Shown here piece by piece: positions 1 through 9,393 of a DNA stretch of 64,000 nucleotides. This stretch comes from Planctomycetota bacterium (GTDB taxonomy: Bacteria > Planctomycetota > UBA1135 > UBA2386): contig OZ245006.1 of the NCBI GenBank assembly GCA_965223545.1, positions 4,000,001 through 4,064,000 of the forward strand. The letters run 5' to 3'. The translations under genes were made by a program, and so were the position numbers. The notes beneath the pieces were generated by a model. The model saw only the letters and a list, made by a program, of their open reading frames with translations. It was not told the origin of the DNA and searched no databases. The first letter of the stretch is position 1, and the number at the start of each line of letters is the position of its first letter.

Positions 1-2
1 CG

Positions 3-878
3 ATCGTCGACCGAATCCTGGGATTGCCCGGCCGGGTCGTCACGGCCGGAATGGGCAAGGCCGGCATCATCGCACAGAAGATCTCGGCAACGCTGTCCTC
101 CACCGGCACGCCGTCGATCTACCTGCACCCGGCCGAGGCCATCCACGGCGACCTGGGCCGAGTGGTCGGTGGCGACTTGCTGCTGGCGTTGTCCAAGTCC
201 GGTGAAACCGAGGAAGTGTTGCGGCTGCTCGGGCCGGTCAAGGCCGCGGACTGCGCCGTGGTGGCCATCACCCAATCGCGCGAGTCGACCCTCGGCCGGC
301 ACGCCGACCAAGTGCTCGAGCTGGGCCCGATCGAGGAGGTGGGACCTCACCAGCTGGCGCCGAGCGCTTCGACGACCGCGATGTTGGCGCTCGGCGACGC
401 GTTGGCCCTGGTGGTGCAGGACGGCCGCAACTTCGGCCCCGAGGAGTTTGCCCGCTTCCACCCCGGCGGCGATCTCGGCCGCCGGCTGATGCGGGTCGAG
501 GAGCTGATGCGCACCGGCAAGCGCAATCCCGTGGTGCGGGCGGGCTGCACGGTGCTCGATGCGATCGAGACGATGACGCAAACGCTGGGACGACCCGGTG
601 CCACCAGCGTGGTCGACGAGAACGGCACTCTGGTCGGGTTCTTCACCGATGGTGACCTCCGTCGCCTACTCACCAGCCTGACCGCGCCAGTAGATAAGAT
701 GCGCATCGAGGACGTGATGACGCATCAGCCGCGCACGATCTCGCCGGACACGTTTGCCAGCGAAGCCATCGCCTTCCTGCACCAACACAAGATCGACCAG
801 CTACCGGTCGTCGACGATCGGGGCTGCATCGCCGGCATGCTCGACGTGCAGGATCTCTTGGACTTGAAGATCACATGA
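3..878 (+). CDS. kdsD: D-arabinose-5-phosphate isomerase (KdsD/GutQ; SIS + 2 CBS), 5'-truncated by window edge
   Basis: GMGKAG..KISATLSSTGTP, HPAEAIHGDLG, SKSGETEE, ARFHPGGDLG and a C-terminal CBS pair. The frame is open back to the window start. Confidence 0.93.
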   Translation: MVDRILGLPGRVVTAGMGKAGIIAQKISATLSSTGTPSIYLHPAEAIHGDLGRVVGGDLLLALSKSGETEEVLRLLGPVKAADCAVVAITQSRESTLGRHADQVLELGPIEEVGPHQLAPSASTTAMLALGDALALVVQDGRNFGPEEFARFHPGGDLGRRLMRVEELMRTGKRNPVVRAGCTVLDAIETMTQTLGRPGATSVVDENGTLVGFFTDGDLRRLLTSLTAPVDKMRIEDVMTHQPRTISPDTFASEAIAFLHQHKIDQLPVVDDRGCIAGMLDVQDLLDLKIT

Positions 879-1408
879 CCGCGATCCCGGCCGCCGAGAT
901 CCTGGCAGGAGTTCGCCTGCTCCTGACCGACGTCGACGGTGTCCTGACCGACGGCCGCATCCACTTCGACGGCGCCGGCACCGAGTTCAAGACGTTCCAC
1001 GTCCACGATGGCGCCGGCTTGGTCTACTGGAATCGAAGCGGCGGAATCAGCGGCTTCCTCTCGGGGCGCTCCAGCCAGGTCGTGCGCGACCGCGCCGCCG
1101 AGCTCGGCGTGCAGGAAGTCCACTTGGGTCACTTGGCGAAGGTGCCGATCCTCGAGGAGATCGTCGAGCGTCGCGGCTTGCGCCCGGCGCAAGTGGCCTA
1201 CGTCGGCGATGACCTGCTCGACCTGCCCGTGCTGTCCCGCGTCGGCTTCGCCGCCGCGCCGGCCAACGCCCGCCCCGAAGTCAAAGCCAAGGTGCACTAC
1301 GTCACCGAGACGCGCGGCGGCGAGGGCGTGGTGCGCGAGGTCATCGAAGTGCTGCTCAAGGCGCAGGGCAAGTGGGACGCCGTCGTCCGGCAGGACGGCT
1401 TGCCGTGA
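875..1408 (+). CDS. kdsC: KDO-8-phosphate phosphatase (HAD family)
   Basis: DVDGVLTDG, FHVHDG, VGDDLLDLP and GGEGVVRE motifs; ATGA overlap with kdsD. Confidence 0.93.
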   Translation: MTAIPAAEILAGVRLLLTDVDGVLTDGRIHFDGAGTEFKTFHVHDGAGLVYWNRSGGISGFLSGRSSQVVRDRAAELGVQEVHLGHLAKVPILEEIVERRGLRPAQVAYVGDDLLDLPVLSRVGFAAAPANARPEVKAKVHYVTETRGGEGVVREVIEVLLKAQGKWDAVVRQDGLP

Positions 1409-4293
1409 TCGGGCGCATCGCTGCATTCCTGCTGCTGGCCGGCGGCGGATTCGCGGGACTGTGGTGGGCGACCGGCGGATCGGCGCTCGCGGGGCGCGGC
1501 GAAGGCCTCGTGCTCGACGCCGACACGGACCGGACCGCTCCGGTCCCCAGCGTACTGATCCCCGGGGCCGCGCCCGAGGGCGAACAGGACGGCGACGAGT
1601 TCGGCACCGACGTGCGCTTCGCCTACCGCGGCGCGTTCGAGGACCTCGGCACCTACCGCGAAGTGCCCCTCGGCGATGGCTCGTTCCGGCGCCTGCCCAT
1701 CTACAAGCTCAGCGCCGCCGACATGGAGCCGCGACCGTTGGGCCGCGTCTTGCTGCACGAGGTCACGGTCGAGCTGTTCGAGCGCGACCGAGACCGACCC
1801 ACCGAATCGGTGCACGCCGGCACCCTGACCGCCGATCGCGCCGATGTCGTCATGCAGCCCAACGAGGACGGCACGCCGTCGATCGACACCGGCAAGGACA
1901 TCACCCTGCATCGAGCGGTGTTGGTGACCACCGCCGCCGCACAGGTCAAGAACGCGCGGCTCGAGCTCGACGAAGCGATCGTACGCATCGACGAGCGGGC
2001 CATCGATCTGCGCACGGTCAAGGACGACCAAGCGTTCTCCTTGACCATCGACGACCGCGGATCGATGGCCCTGTCCGGCCTGGGCCTGACCGCGCGGCTG
2101 CCGCTCGACCGCGGCGAGCAGCGGCCCGATCCCACCGACCGGCTGTCGATCCGGGTGAAGTCGGCGGCCGACCTGCGCCACCGCGGGCGGCGCGGAGGAG
2201 TGCAGCTGCGCTCGGCGGGACCGATGAGCTACGTCGAGGATCCCTCGTTCGGCACCGCCATGGTGACCGCCGCGCGCGAGGTGGTGCTGACCGACGGCGG
2301 CGCACCCGAGCCGGCCGCGGCCGGCGACCAACAGCAGCCCGATCGGGGGGGCTTCATCGCGACCGGCGATCGTGTCACCGCGCGGCTGCGCCGGGGTGAG
2401 CGCGTGGCCGGCCGCGTCACCGGCGCCTGGCAGCGCATCGAGCTGAGCGGTGCCAGCGATGTGCCGGCGACGCTGACGATCGGCGGGGTTCGCATCCGCA
2501 GCCAGACCCTGCGCGGCTCGCCCAACTTGGTCGGTGAACCCTACGCCTTCACCGCCAGCGGCGCGCCCGAGCTCGACCAGGTCGGCGACGAGACCGGCAT
2601 GCGGTTCGCGTGTTCGGATCGGGTGCACGTCGTGCAGATCCACGACTACTGGCAGCCGTGGATGGGCGCGCGCGGCTTCGGCCCGCGCAGCTTTCCGGCC
2701 CACGTGCGCCTGCTCATGACCTTCGTCGGCAAGACTTCGGTGGTCGTTCCACGCGGCGACGACACCTTGCAGCTGGAAGCCGAAGAGGGCCTTTGGGTCA
2801 TGCGCCCACAGACTCGACAGTGGCCAGCGGTGGTGCGCGGCAAGGGCGCGGTCGCGGTGCGGGGCGCGGGCGCCGGTCCCGGCGCCATCGACGTCAGCGG
2901 TACGGACGGCTTCTTGCTCTACGGCGACGCGCGCGGCCAGCACGTCCGCCTCGGCCCGGAGGTGGCGGACCTCGAACATCGATTCTCGATCCGCACGCCG
3001 CAGCTGGTGGCCGAGGGCAGCGGCGCATGCTCGCTGCGCCAATCGACGGACGTCGACCAACCGCACCAGCTGCGCATTCACGCACCGGGCAACGATGCGG
3101 TAGTGACACTCGTCGAGCAGGACGGCGAGCTGCGCAATCTGCAGCGGCTCACCGCAACCTTCGACGACGGCGGGATCCGCGACTTCGAGGCATCGGGACC
3201 CGACAGCGCGCTGCACTGGACCGACGGCGAGGACGTGATCGTCGGTCACGCGGATCGCCTGGTCGGTGCGGCCGATGGCCCGATCCGGTTGTTCGGCGCG
3301 CCTGCGAAGATCGACTCGGAGCGACGCGGGGAAGTGCACGGCGAAGCGCTGTCGGTGTATCGCTTCGGCGAAGACTCCATCGGCCTGCGCGCCGACGGCG
3401 CCGCCCGCGCTTTGGGCAGCCACCGGACCAGCGACGGGGCCGTGGTGCGCTTCGACCTCACCGCTGAGCAGGCGTTGCTGCTCCCGTTCGTCGTACCGAC
3501 TCCGCTGTTGGCCGTGCACACGTGGTTTCTGCCGCCGAGCGCCGCGGCCGCCCTCAGCGGCCTCGATCAAGAAACACTGGTGGCGACGCGCGCGATCGAT
3601 CTCGAGCTGACTCGCGGCGAAGAGTCCCCGGTCCGCGGCGATGGCGACGCGTTGCGACTGCGCTTCACCGATGACGGCGCCGACGGCGCGCTCCGCGGGG
3701 CACCGGCGACGATCACTTCGCGCGATCACGCCGGCCAGCGCCTCACGGCAATCGCGACCGTGCTGCAGCTCGCCCGCGACGGCGACGGTCAGGTGTTGCG
3801 CATGCCCCACGATTCGGCCCGGCCGCCCCTCCTGGAACTCGGCGACCGCCGCGGCGCGCTGGCGCGGTTCGGCGATCCGGCGGGCAGCACGCGGTTGTCC
3901 TGCGCTGGCGACATCACGGTGGCCCCGGCGGCGATTTCCTTCGGCGGCAGCACGGCGATCTCCGCCTGGCTTGCCGACGGCACCCCCGATGAAGACGGGT
4001 TCACCGCCGATGCGCGCACCCTGCACATCGAGCGAAACGCCGATGGTCGCGTGCGCCGAGTGGTCGGCGAGGACGTGCGCGATTTGCGTTGGAACAGCGT
4101 GCGCGCCCGCGCCCGGCACCTCGACCTCGACTTGGCCACCGGCACGTGCCAGGTCTACGATCCGGCCGGCGGCGTAGAGCTCACGCTGCCCGGACGCGGC
4201 TGGGCGTTGTGCCAGTGGGCGGAGTTCAACGTCGATACCTATCACGCCCGCATTCGACGCGGCGTGGTCCGGGAGGAACTGGCCGGTCGATGA
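1405..4293 (+). CDS. Large (~962 aa) N-terminally membrane-anchored, beta-rich protein; possibly LptC/LptA-like
   Basis: GTG start overlaps the kdsC stop (GTGA); N-terminal hydrophobic helix; sits between kdsC and lptD. Function is inferred from position only. Confidence 0.6.
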   Translation: MIGRIAAFLLLAGGGFAGLWWATGGSALAGRGEGLVLDADTDRTAPVPSVLIPGAAPEGEQDGDEFGTDVRFAYRGAFEDLGTYREVPLGDGSFRRLPIYKLSAADMEPRPLGRVLLHEVTVELFERDRDRPTESVHAGTLTADRADVVMQPNEDGTPSIDTGKDITLHRAVLVTTAAAQVKNARLELDEAIVRIDERAIDLRTVKDDQAFSLTIDDRGSMALSGLGLTARLPLDRGEQRPDPTDRLSIRVKSAADLRHRGRRGGVQLRSAGPMSYVEDPSFGTAMVTAAREVVLTDGGAPEPAAAGDQQQPDRGGFIATGDRVTARLRRGERVAGRVTGAWQRIELSGASDVPATLTIGGVRIRSQTLRGSPNLVGEPYAFTASGAPELDQVGDETGMRFACSDRVHVVQIHDYWQPWMGARGFGPRSFPAHVRLLMTFVGKTSVVVPRGDDTLQLEAEEGLWVMRPQTRQWPAVVRGKGAVAVRGAGAGPGAIDVSGTDGFLLYGDARGQHVRLGPEVADLEHRFSIRTPQLVAEGSGACSLRQSTDVDQPHQLRIHAPGNDAVVTLVEQDGELRNLQRLTATFDDGGIRDFEASGPDSALHWTDGEDVIVGHADRLVGAADGPIRLFGAPAKIDSERRGEVHGEALSVYRFGEDSIGLRADGAARALGSHRTSDGAVVRFDLTAEQALLLPFVVPTPLLAVHTWFLPPSAAAALSGLDQETLVATRAIDLELTRGEESPVRGDGDALRLRFTDDGADGALRGAPATITSRDHAGQRLTAIATVLQLARDGDGQVLRMPHDSARPPLLELGDRRGALARFGDPAGSTRLSCAGDITVAPAAISFGGSTAISAWLADGTPDEDGFTADARTLHIERNADGRVRRVVGEDVRDLRWNSVRARARHLDLDLATGTCQVYDPAGGVELTLPGRGWALCQWAEFNVDTYHARIRRGVVREELAGR

Positions 4294-6743
4294 CACGCGC
4301 CAGATGGGGGGGGGCCGCGCTCGGTTGCGCGATCTTGGTCGGCGGCATCGGTCTGCGCGCGCAAGCACCGGGAGCGGACGGGGTTTGGTTCGAGGACTTC
4401 GAGACCCACCCCGCCGGCGACGACGTCGTCACCACCGTGCGCAACGGCATCGTGGTGATCCGCGACGGTCTCGAGCTGCGCGCGGACGGGGGGGTGTTGA
4501 TCGCGGATCGCGATGCGGTGCCGCCCTTGAGTCGCTCGTCGCCGGGCTTGCCACGGCGGGGTGCGACGCCACCGGCGGCGCGCCGCGCGGTCGACGATGG
4601 CCTGATGGCGGCGCGCTTGGCCGCGTTCGCGCACGCCGCCGGCGTCGACAGCGGTGCGCCGGCGCTGTCGCCCCGGCAGTGGTCGCCCAGCAGCTGGAAG
4701 AGCCTCTATCTGGAGGGCGACGTCGTCGTGCGCCGCGACGGCCGTGACCTGGTCAGAGCGGCGCGCTTGCACCTGTCGACCGTCGACGACCGTCTGGTCG
4801 TGGAGGACGCGGAGCTGCGCCTCTGGCTGGACTCCGATGCGCCGCAGCGCGTGCTGGTGATCCGCGGCGAGCGGCTAGTGCGGCAGGGCCGGCGCATCAC
4901 CGGCCGCGACGTGTCGGTGACGACCTGCACCGCCGGTGAGCCCCACGTCGAGGTCTGCTCCGGCGAGATCGAGGTCATCGAACGCGGCGACGATCTCGAA
5001 GTCCGCACCGCGGGCTCGTCCCTCGTCATCGGCGGGGTATCGCTGTTGCCGCTGCCGAACGCGCGCTTCATGGCGGGCGAGCAAACCCAGACCCTGGTCC
5101 AGGGCGTATCGGCGGGCTACTCCAGCAACGAAGGCGTGCGCGCCAACATCGATCTCGGCGGCTCGCTCAACGCCCTCGGCGGCGCTCTGCACGAGCAGCT
5201 CACGGGTCGGGCGGCGGCGGAGTTCCGCGGCGATTGGCGGCTCGGGCTCGGCGTCATCGAGGAACGCGGCGCGCCGGTCGAGCTCGAGCTGCGCTACGGC
5301 GCAGCCGACGTCTACTCCGGGCGCATGCTGGCCTATGGGCTGGACGACGACGGGCCGGACCGCCGCGAGATCCGTCGGCGTCTCGACGGCAGCCCGATCG
5401 ATGCGCGCGGCAGGTCCTTGCTGCACACCGAGAACCGCGTCCACCTCGGCGAGAACACGCGCCTCGACGTCACCGCGTTCGCCGCCTCCGACCCGGCGGT
5501 CTACTCCGAGTTCTTCCGCCGCGAATACCGCGAAGACGAGCTCCCCGAGACCAGCGTGCTGCTGCGCGACGCGCGCGACAACCGTCTACTCATCGCCAAC
5601 GCGCGCCTCAACATGTCGACGTTCGCCTACCGAGACGACCGCTCGCTGGCGCCGGCGTTCGACGAGGAGCTGCCGCTGCTCGGCTACCACTGGTTCTCCG
5701 AGCCGGTCGCGACTCTGTGGGGCGACACCGACGTCCTGCTGACGTCGTCGACCGGTGCCGGCTTCCTGCGGCGCGACTACGACCGCACCGCCGTCGAGGT
5801 CGACGACGACGTCTTTCGGCTGGACCAGGAGCTGGTGCTGGCGACGCCCTTTCACCTCGGGCCGATCGGTATTCGGCCGTTCGTCGCCGGTCGCGTGACC
5901 CACTACGACGAGACCGTCGGCGGCCGGGACGACACGCGGCCCGCCTTCGCGGCGGGCGTGCGGGCCGCGACCTGGATGGCGCGCACCTGGACCTGGCGCG
6001 GCGATGACGGCACCGGTCAGGCGCTGCGCCACGTGATCTCGCCCGCGATCGTCTACCGCGACCAGTTCCACGTCGGCGGCGAGCCCGGCGACTACTTCCA
6101 ATACGACGCAACCGACGCGATCGACGAGCGTGCCACCGTGCGTTTCGAGCTGCTCAACCGGCTCCAGCACCGGGATGGCGACCGCGCGCCCCGCGACGTC
6201 GTCTGGCTCGACCTGGCGCAGACCCTGACGCCGATCTCGAGCCGCGACAACCGAGGCCACCATCTCGCCGAGCTCGAGTACGAGCTGATCCTGCGGCCCG
6301 CCCCCGACGCGGGGCCGTTGCCGGGGCTGCAGCTGTTGGTCGAAGGCGAGCACGACTGGCATGCGTCCAAGCAGCGCACCTTCAACACCGGAGTGCGGTT
6401 CGGCAAAGTGCTGGGCTTCCACTGGCACGCCGGCTATCGCTCCGACCGCACCACCGACGGGGCGGTCATCTACGGCGCGCGCACCGACCTCTTCGGCCGC
6501 TGGCTGCTGGCGGGCGGCAGCCAGTACGACCTACAGCGCGACGAAACCCTCAACTACGGCGCGCAGATCGTCCGCGTCGACCACGACTGGCGACTCTCGC
6601 TCGGCGTGACGTTCGACGAGATCGACGGCGACACCAGGTTCTTCGTCAACTTCGAACCCACGCTGGGCGGGCTGCTGGCGCCGCGGCGCACGCGCTACCT
6701 GAGCGGGTCGGCCTGGGACGCGGACCGGATCTACCAGCCCTGA
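4290..6743 (+). CDS. lptD: LPS-assembly outer-membrane protein LptD-like
   Basis: Signal peptide; N-domain with 'SLYLEGDVVV' and 'VSVTTC..GEPH'; 'SDPAVYSEFF', 'LRHVISP' and alternating beta-strands at the C-terminus; ATGA overlap. Confidence 0.72.
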   Translation: MTRARWGGAALGCAILVGGIGLRAQAPGADGVWFEDFETHPAGDDVVTTVRNGIVVIRDGLELRADGGVLIADRDAVPPLSRSSPGLPRRGATPPAARRAVDDGLMAARLAAFAHAAGVDSGAPALSPRQWSPSSWKSLYLEGDVVVRRDGRDLVRAARLHLSTVDDRLVVEDAELRLWLDSDAPQRVLVIRGERLVRQGRRITGRDVSVTTCTAGEPHVEVCSGEIEVIERGDDLEVRTAGSSLVIGGVSLLPLPNARFMAGEQTQTLVQGVSAGYSSNEGVRANIDLGGSLNALGGALHEQLTGRAAAEFRGDWRLGLGVIEERGAPVELELRYGAADVYSGRMLAYGLDDDGPDRREIRRRLDGSPIDARGRSLLHTENRVHLGENTRLDVTAFAASDPAVYSEFFRREYREDELPETSVLLRDARDNRLLIANARLNMSTFAYRDDRSLAPAFDEELPLLGYHWFSEPVATLWGDTDVLLTSSTGAGFLRRDYDRTAVEVDDDVFRLDQELVLATPFHLGPIGIRPFVAGRVTHYDETVGGRDDTRPAFAAGVRAATWMARTWTWRGDDGTGQALRHVISPAIVYRDQFHVGGEPGDYFQYDATDAIDERATVRFELLNRLQHRDGDRAPRDVVWLDLAQTLTPISSRDNRGHHLAELEYELILRPAPDAGPLPGLQLLVEGEHDWHASKQRTFNTGVRFGKVLGFHWHAGYRSDRTTDGAVIYGARTDLFGRWLLAGGSQYDLQRDETLNYGAQIVRVDHDWRLSLGVTFDEIDGDTRFFVNFEPTLGGLLAPRRTRYLSGSAWDADRIYQP

Positions 6744-6744
6744 G

Positions 6745-7233
6745 TCAGGTCCCGACCACGCCGACACCGCCGTCGGACAGTGAGAACGCCGCCTGCGTCG
6801 CGCCGCTGGGAATCCATGCGGTGACCCACTGCTGATAGAACGTGAAGCCGACCAGGCCGACGTTGTTGGGGATGGTGATCGCGACCGACAGTGGACCGGG
6901 CGGCACCAACAGCACGGCATCGGGTGACACCCGCAATGGACAGGGCCCCAGCGCGGCTAGCGAAACCGGCAGAGCGAAGCTGCTCCACACGGTGTTCGAC
7001 GTGCCGGTCAACAGCACGTCGACGAAGGTGCCCGCCGCCGCCCGGCCGCCGTCCTCGACGGCGACCGTGAACGCCTTGCCGGGGCGCAGCGGGCCCTCTT
7101 GCACCAACCGCGGCGGCTGCGCGCTGACGCCGGAGCTGCACCCTGTGCCGAAGAACGAGTAGGTGCCGCTCTGGCCCAGGGCCGGCAGCGCCAGCCCGAG
7201 GGCGGTGAGGATCGCGCGCACGCAGAAGGGCAT
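6745..7233 (-). CDS. Secreted 162-aa protein consisting of a signal peptide plus a conserved 'FGTGC...IPN...FY.Q' domain
   Basis: ATG at 7233 (MPFCVRAILTALGLALPALGQ, signal-peptide-like); aligns by eye with the C-terminus of the FG-GAP protein at 34755-35150. Confidence 0.75.
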   Translation of the reverse strand: MPFCVRAILTALGLALPALGQSGTYSFFGTGCSSGVSAQPPRLVQEGPLRPGKAFTVAVEDGGRAAAGTFVDVLLTGTSNTVWSSFALPVSLAALGPCPLRVSPDAVLLVPPGPLSVAITIPNNVGLVGFTFYQQWVTAWIPSGATQAAFSLSDGGVGVVGT

Positions 7234-7298
7234 CGCCTCGACACTGTAGCCGAGATCGCCGCTGGCTGCCGGTCGAACGACCACCGCGAACCAAGCGC

Positions 7299-8888
7299 TT
7301 AGAGCGTGTCCAAGAACCGACCGGTCTCGTAGTTGCCGAGATCGATGATCTTGCTGCAGATGCGGTCCAGGAAGTAGCGGTCGTGACTGACGACGACCAT
7401 GCAACCGGGGAAGTTTTGGATCGCCTCTTCCAGGACGCGCAGGGTGTCCAGGTCGAGATCGTTGGTCGGTTCGTCCAACAGGATCATGTTGCCACCCCGG
7501 CGCAGCATCTTCGCCAGCTGGACGCGGTTGCGTTGGCCCCCGGACAGAGTGCCGACCGTCTGCTGCTGGTCCGGGCCGGTGAAGTTGAACTTGGCGACGT
7601 AGCTTCGACTGTTGATCTCGATCTTGCCGAGCTTGAGGTTGTCGAGCCCGTCGGTGATCTCCTGCCACACGGTCTTCTCGGGGTCGAGCGTCTCCCGCTC
7701 CTGGTCCACGTGGCACAGCTCCACCGTGGGACCGACCACCACGCGGCCGTCGTCCGGCTCGAGCTTGCCGGTGATCAGCTTGAGCATCGTGGTCTTGCCG
7801 GTGCCGTTGGGCCCGACGACGCCGAGGATGTCGCCCGGCTGCATCTCGAAGTCGACGTTGTCCAGCACCTTGTGGTCGCCGTCGTAGCTGAACGAGACAT
7901 TCTCGAAGCGCAGCACGACATCACCGAGTCGCTTGCCGGAGGGAATGTGCAGCTCGACCGAGTCCTCGCGCTCCTCGACCTCCTGCTCCACCATGCGCTC
8001 GTAGTTCTTGACGCGCGCCTTGTTCTTCGCCGACCGCGCCTTGGGATTGGAACGAATCCAGTCGAGCTCGCGCTCGATCATCTTGCCGCGCTGCCGCTCT
8101 TGCTTCTCCTGCTGCGCCATCCGTTTGGCGCGCTGCTCGAGGTACTCGGAGTAGTTGCCCTTGTACGGCGTCGCCCTGCCGTGGAAGATCTCGAGCATCC
8201 AGCCGACGACGCGGTCCAAGAAGAACCGGTCGTGGGTCACCACGACCACGGTGCCGGTGTACTGCGCCAGAGTCTCCTCGAGCCACGACACCGTCTCGAC
8301 ATCGAGGTGGTTGGTCGGCTCGTCCATCAACAGTAGGTCGGGGTGCTCGAGCAGCACCTTGCAGAGCGCTACGCGGCGTCGCTCGCCGCCGGAGCACTCG
8401 CTCACGTTCTTGTCGCCAGGCGGTAGGTGCAGCTTGGTCATCGCCACCTCCAGGTGACGATCGAGCTCCCAGGCGTCCCTGGCCTCGATCTCGGTTTGCA
8501 CGCGATCGAGCTCGGCCATGACCTTCTCCATCGCGTCGGCGGCCAGGTCTTCGCCGAGCTTCATGCTGAGCTCCTCCTGACGTTGCAGGAGGGCGCGAAT
8601 CGGCGCCACCGCGATCTCGACGTTCTCGCGGACCGTCTTGTCCTCGACCAGCGTCGGCTCCTGCGGCACGTAGCCGACGGTGCGTCCCTCGGCCAGCCGC
8701 GCGGTGCCGTCGTACTCCTTGTCCTGACCGGCCATGATGCGCAGCAGGGTCGACTTGCCGGCACCGTTCTGACCGATGACGCCGATCTTGGCGTTCTCCA
8801 GGAACACCAAGCTGACCTCCTTGAGCACGGTCTTGCGGCCATGGCTCTTGGTCAATCGCTCCAGGGCGAAGATAGGCTTGTCGCTCAT
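7299..8888 (-). CDS. ettA: Energy-dependent translational throttle ABC-F ATPase
   Basis: Two NBDs (GQNGAGKST, SGGERRRVAL, DEPTNHLD; GPNGTGKTT, LSGGQRNRVQLA, DEPTNDLD); linker 'ELDWIRSNPKARSAKNKAR'; no TM helices. Confidence 0.92.
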   Translation of the reverse strand: MSDKPIFALERLTKSHGRKTVLKEVSLVFLENAKIGVIGQNGAGKSTLLRIMAGQDKEYDGTARLAEGRTVGYVPQEPTLVEDKTVRENVEIAVAPIRALLQRQEELSMKLGEDLAADAMEKVMAELDRVQTEIEARDAWELDRHLEVAMTKLHLPPGDKNVSECSGGERRRVALCKVLLEHPDLLLMDEPTNHLDVETVSWLEETLAQYTGTVVVVTHDRFFLDRVVGWMLEIFHGRATPYKGNYSEYLEQRAKRMAQQEKQERQRGKMIERELDWIRSNPKARSAKNKARVKNYERMVEQEVEEREDSVELHIPSGKRLGDVVLRFENVSFSYDGDHKVLDNVDFEMQPGDILGVVGPNGTGKTTMLKLITGKLEPDDGRVVVGPTVELCHVDQERETLDPEKTVWQEITDGLDNLKLGKIEINSRSYVAKFNFTGPDQQQTVGTLSGGQRNRVQLAKMLRRGGNMILLDEPTNDLDLDTLRVLEEAIQNFPGCMVVVSHDRYFLDRICSKIIDLGNYETGRFLDTL

Positions 8889-9027
8889 CAGGCGGGGGAA
8901 CGTATCGCCGGACGGCGCGGTCGCAACCGACTGCGCCGAGAACCGCGCTGGCGCGCGCTCGCCCGCCGCTCCCGTTGACAGCACCGCCGCACGCCACGAA
9001 GATCCGGAAGTGAGCGTCGCGGCCGTA

Positions 9028-9393
9028 ATGGCATTTGGCATGCCGAGCTATGGAGAGCTGATGATCCTGGCGATCATCGGCGTGCTCCTGTTCGGCCGCC
9101 GGCTGCCAGAGGTCGGCCGCGCCCTCGGACAGACGATCGTCCAGCTGCGGCGGGGCCTCAACGACTTCAAGACGCAGATGAATGCCGACGAGGACTTTCG
9201 CGAGGCCAAGTCGGCGATGCACGAGATCCGCCAGGCGACAGAAGCGCCCAGAGTACTGGCCAACCCCCGCCGCTGGTTCGAGGACGCCACCGACGAAAGC
9301 CGGTCGACGCCGATGCCGGCGGCTCCTCCCGCCGATCCCCCGGCCGGGGACAGCACGGACGGTGCGCCCGGCAAGACCGCCGAGCAATCCTGA
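9028..9393 (+). CDS. tatA: Twin-arginine translocase TatA/TatE-family subunit
   Basis: ELMILAIIGVLLFGRRLPEVGRALGQTI..LRRG. Could be TatB-like; start uncertain. Confidence 0.85.
   Translation: MAFGMPSYGELMILAIIGVLLFGRRLPEVGRALGQTIVQLRRGLNDFKTQMNADEDFREAKSAMHEIRQATEAPRVLANPRRWFEDATDESRSTPMPAAPPADPPAGDSTDGAPGKTAEQS

Noticed and set aside
4089..4289. Long N-terminal extensions in the ORF track (lptD, ettA, bshA, bshB1, bshC, GT4, kinase, actB, actE) as fusions
   Set aside because: R/A/P-rich read-through of overlapping frames. True starts are supported by stop-start overlaps and/or family N-termini.
1297..4368. Long antisense or alternative-frame ORFs (e.g. 1297-4368 -, 17352-19523 +, 34350-36701 +, 37589-40273 -, 54103-56877 -)
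   Set aside because: Shadow ORFs expected in high-GC DNA; they overlap well-supported genes and have no recognisable motifs.
8975..9003. TTGACA-N17-GAAGAT promoter for tatA
   Set aside because: Perfect -35 but poor -10; cannot be supported without TSS data.
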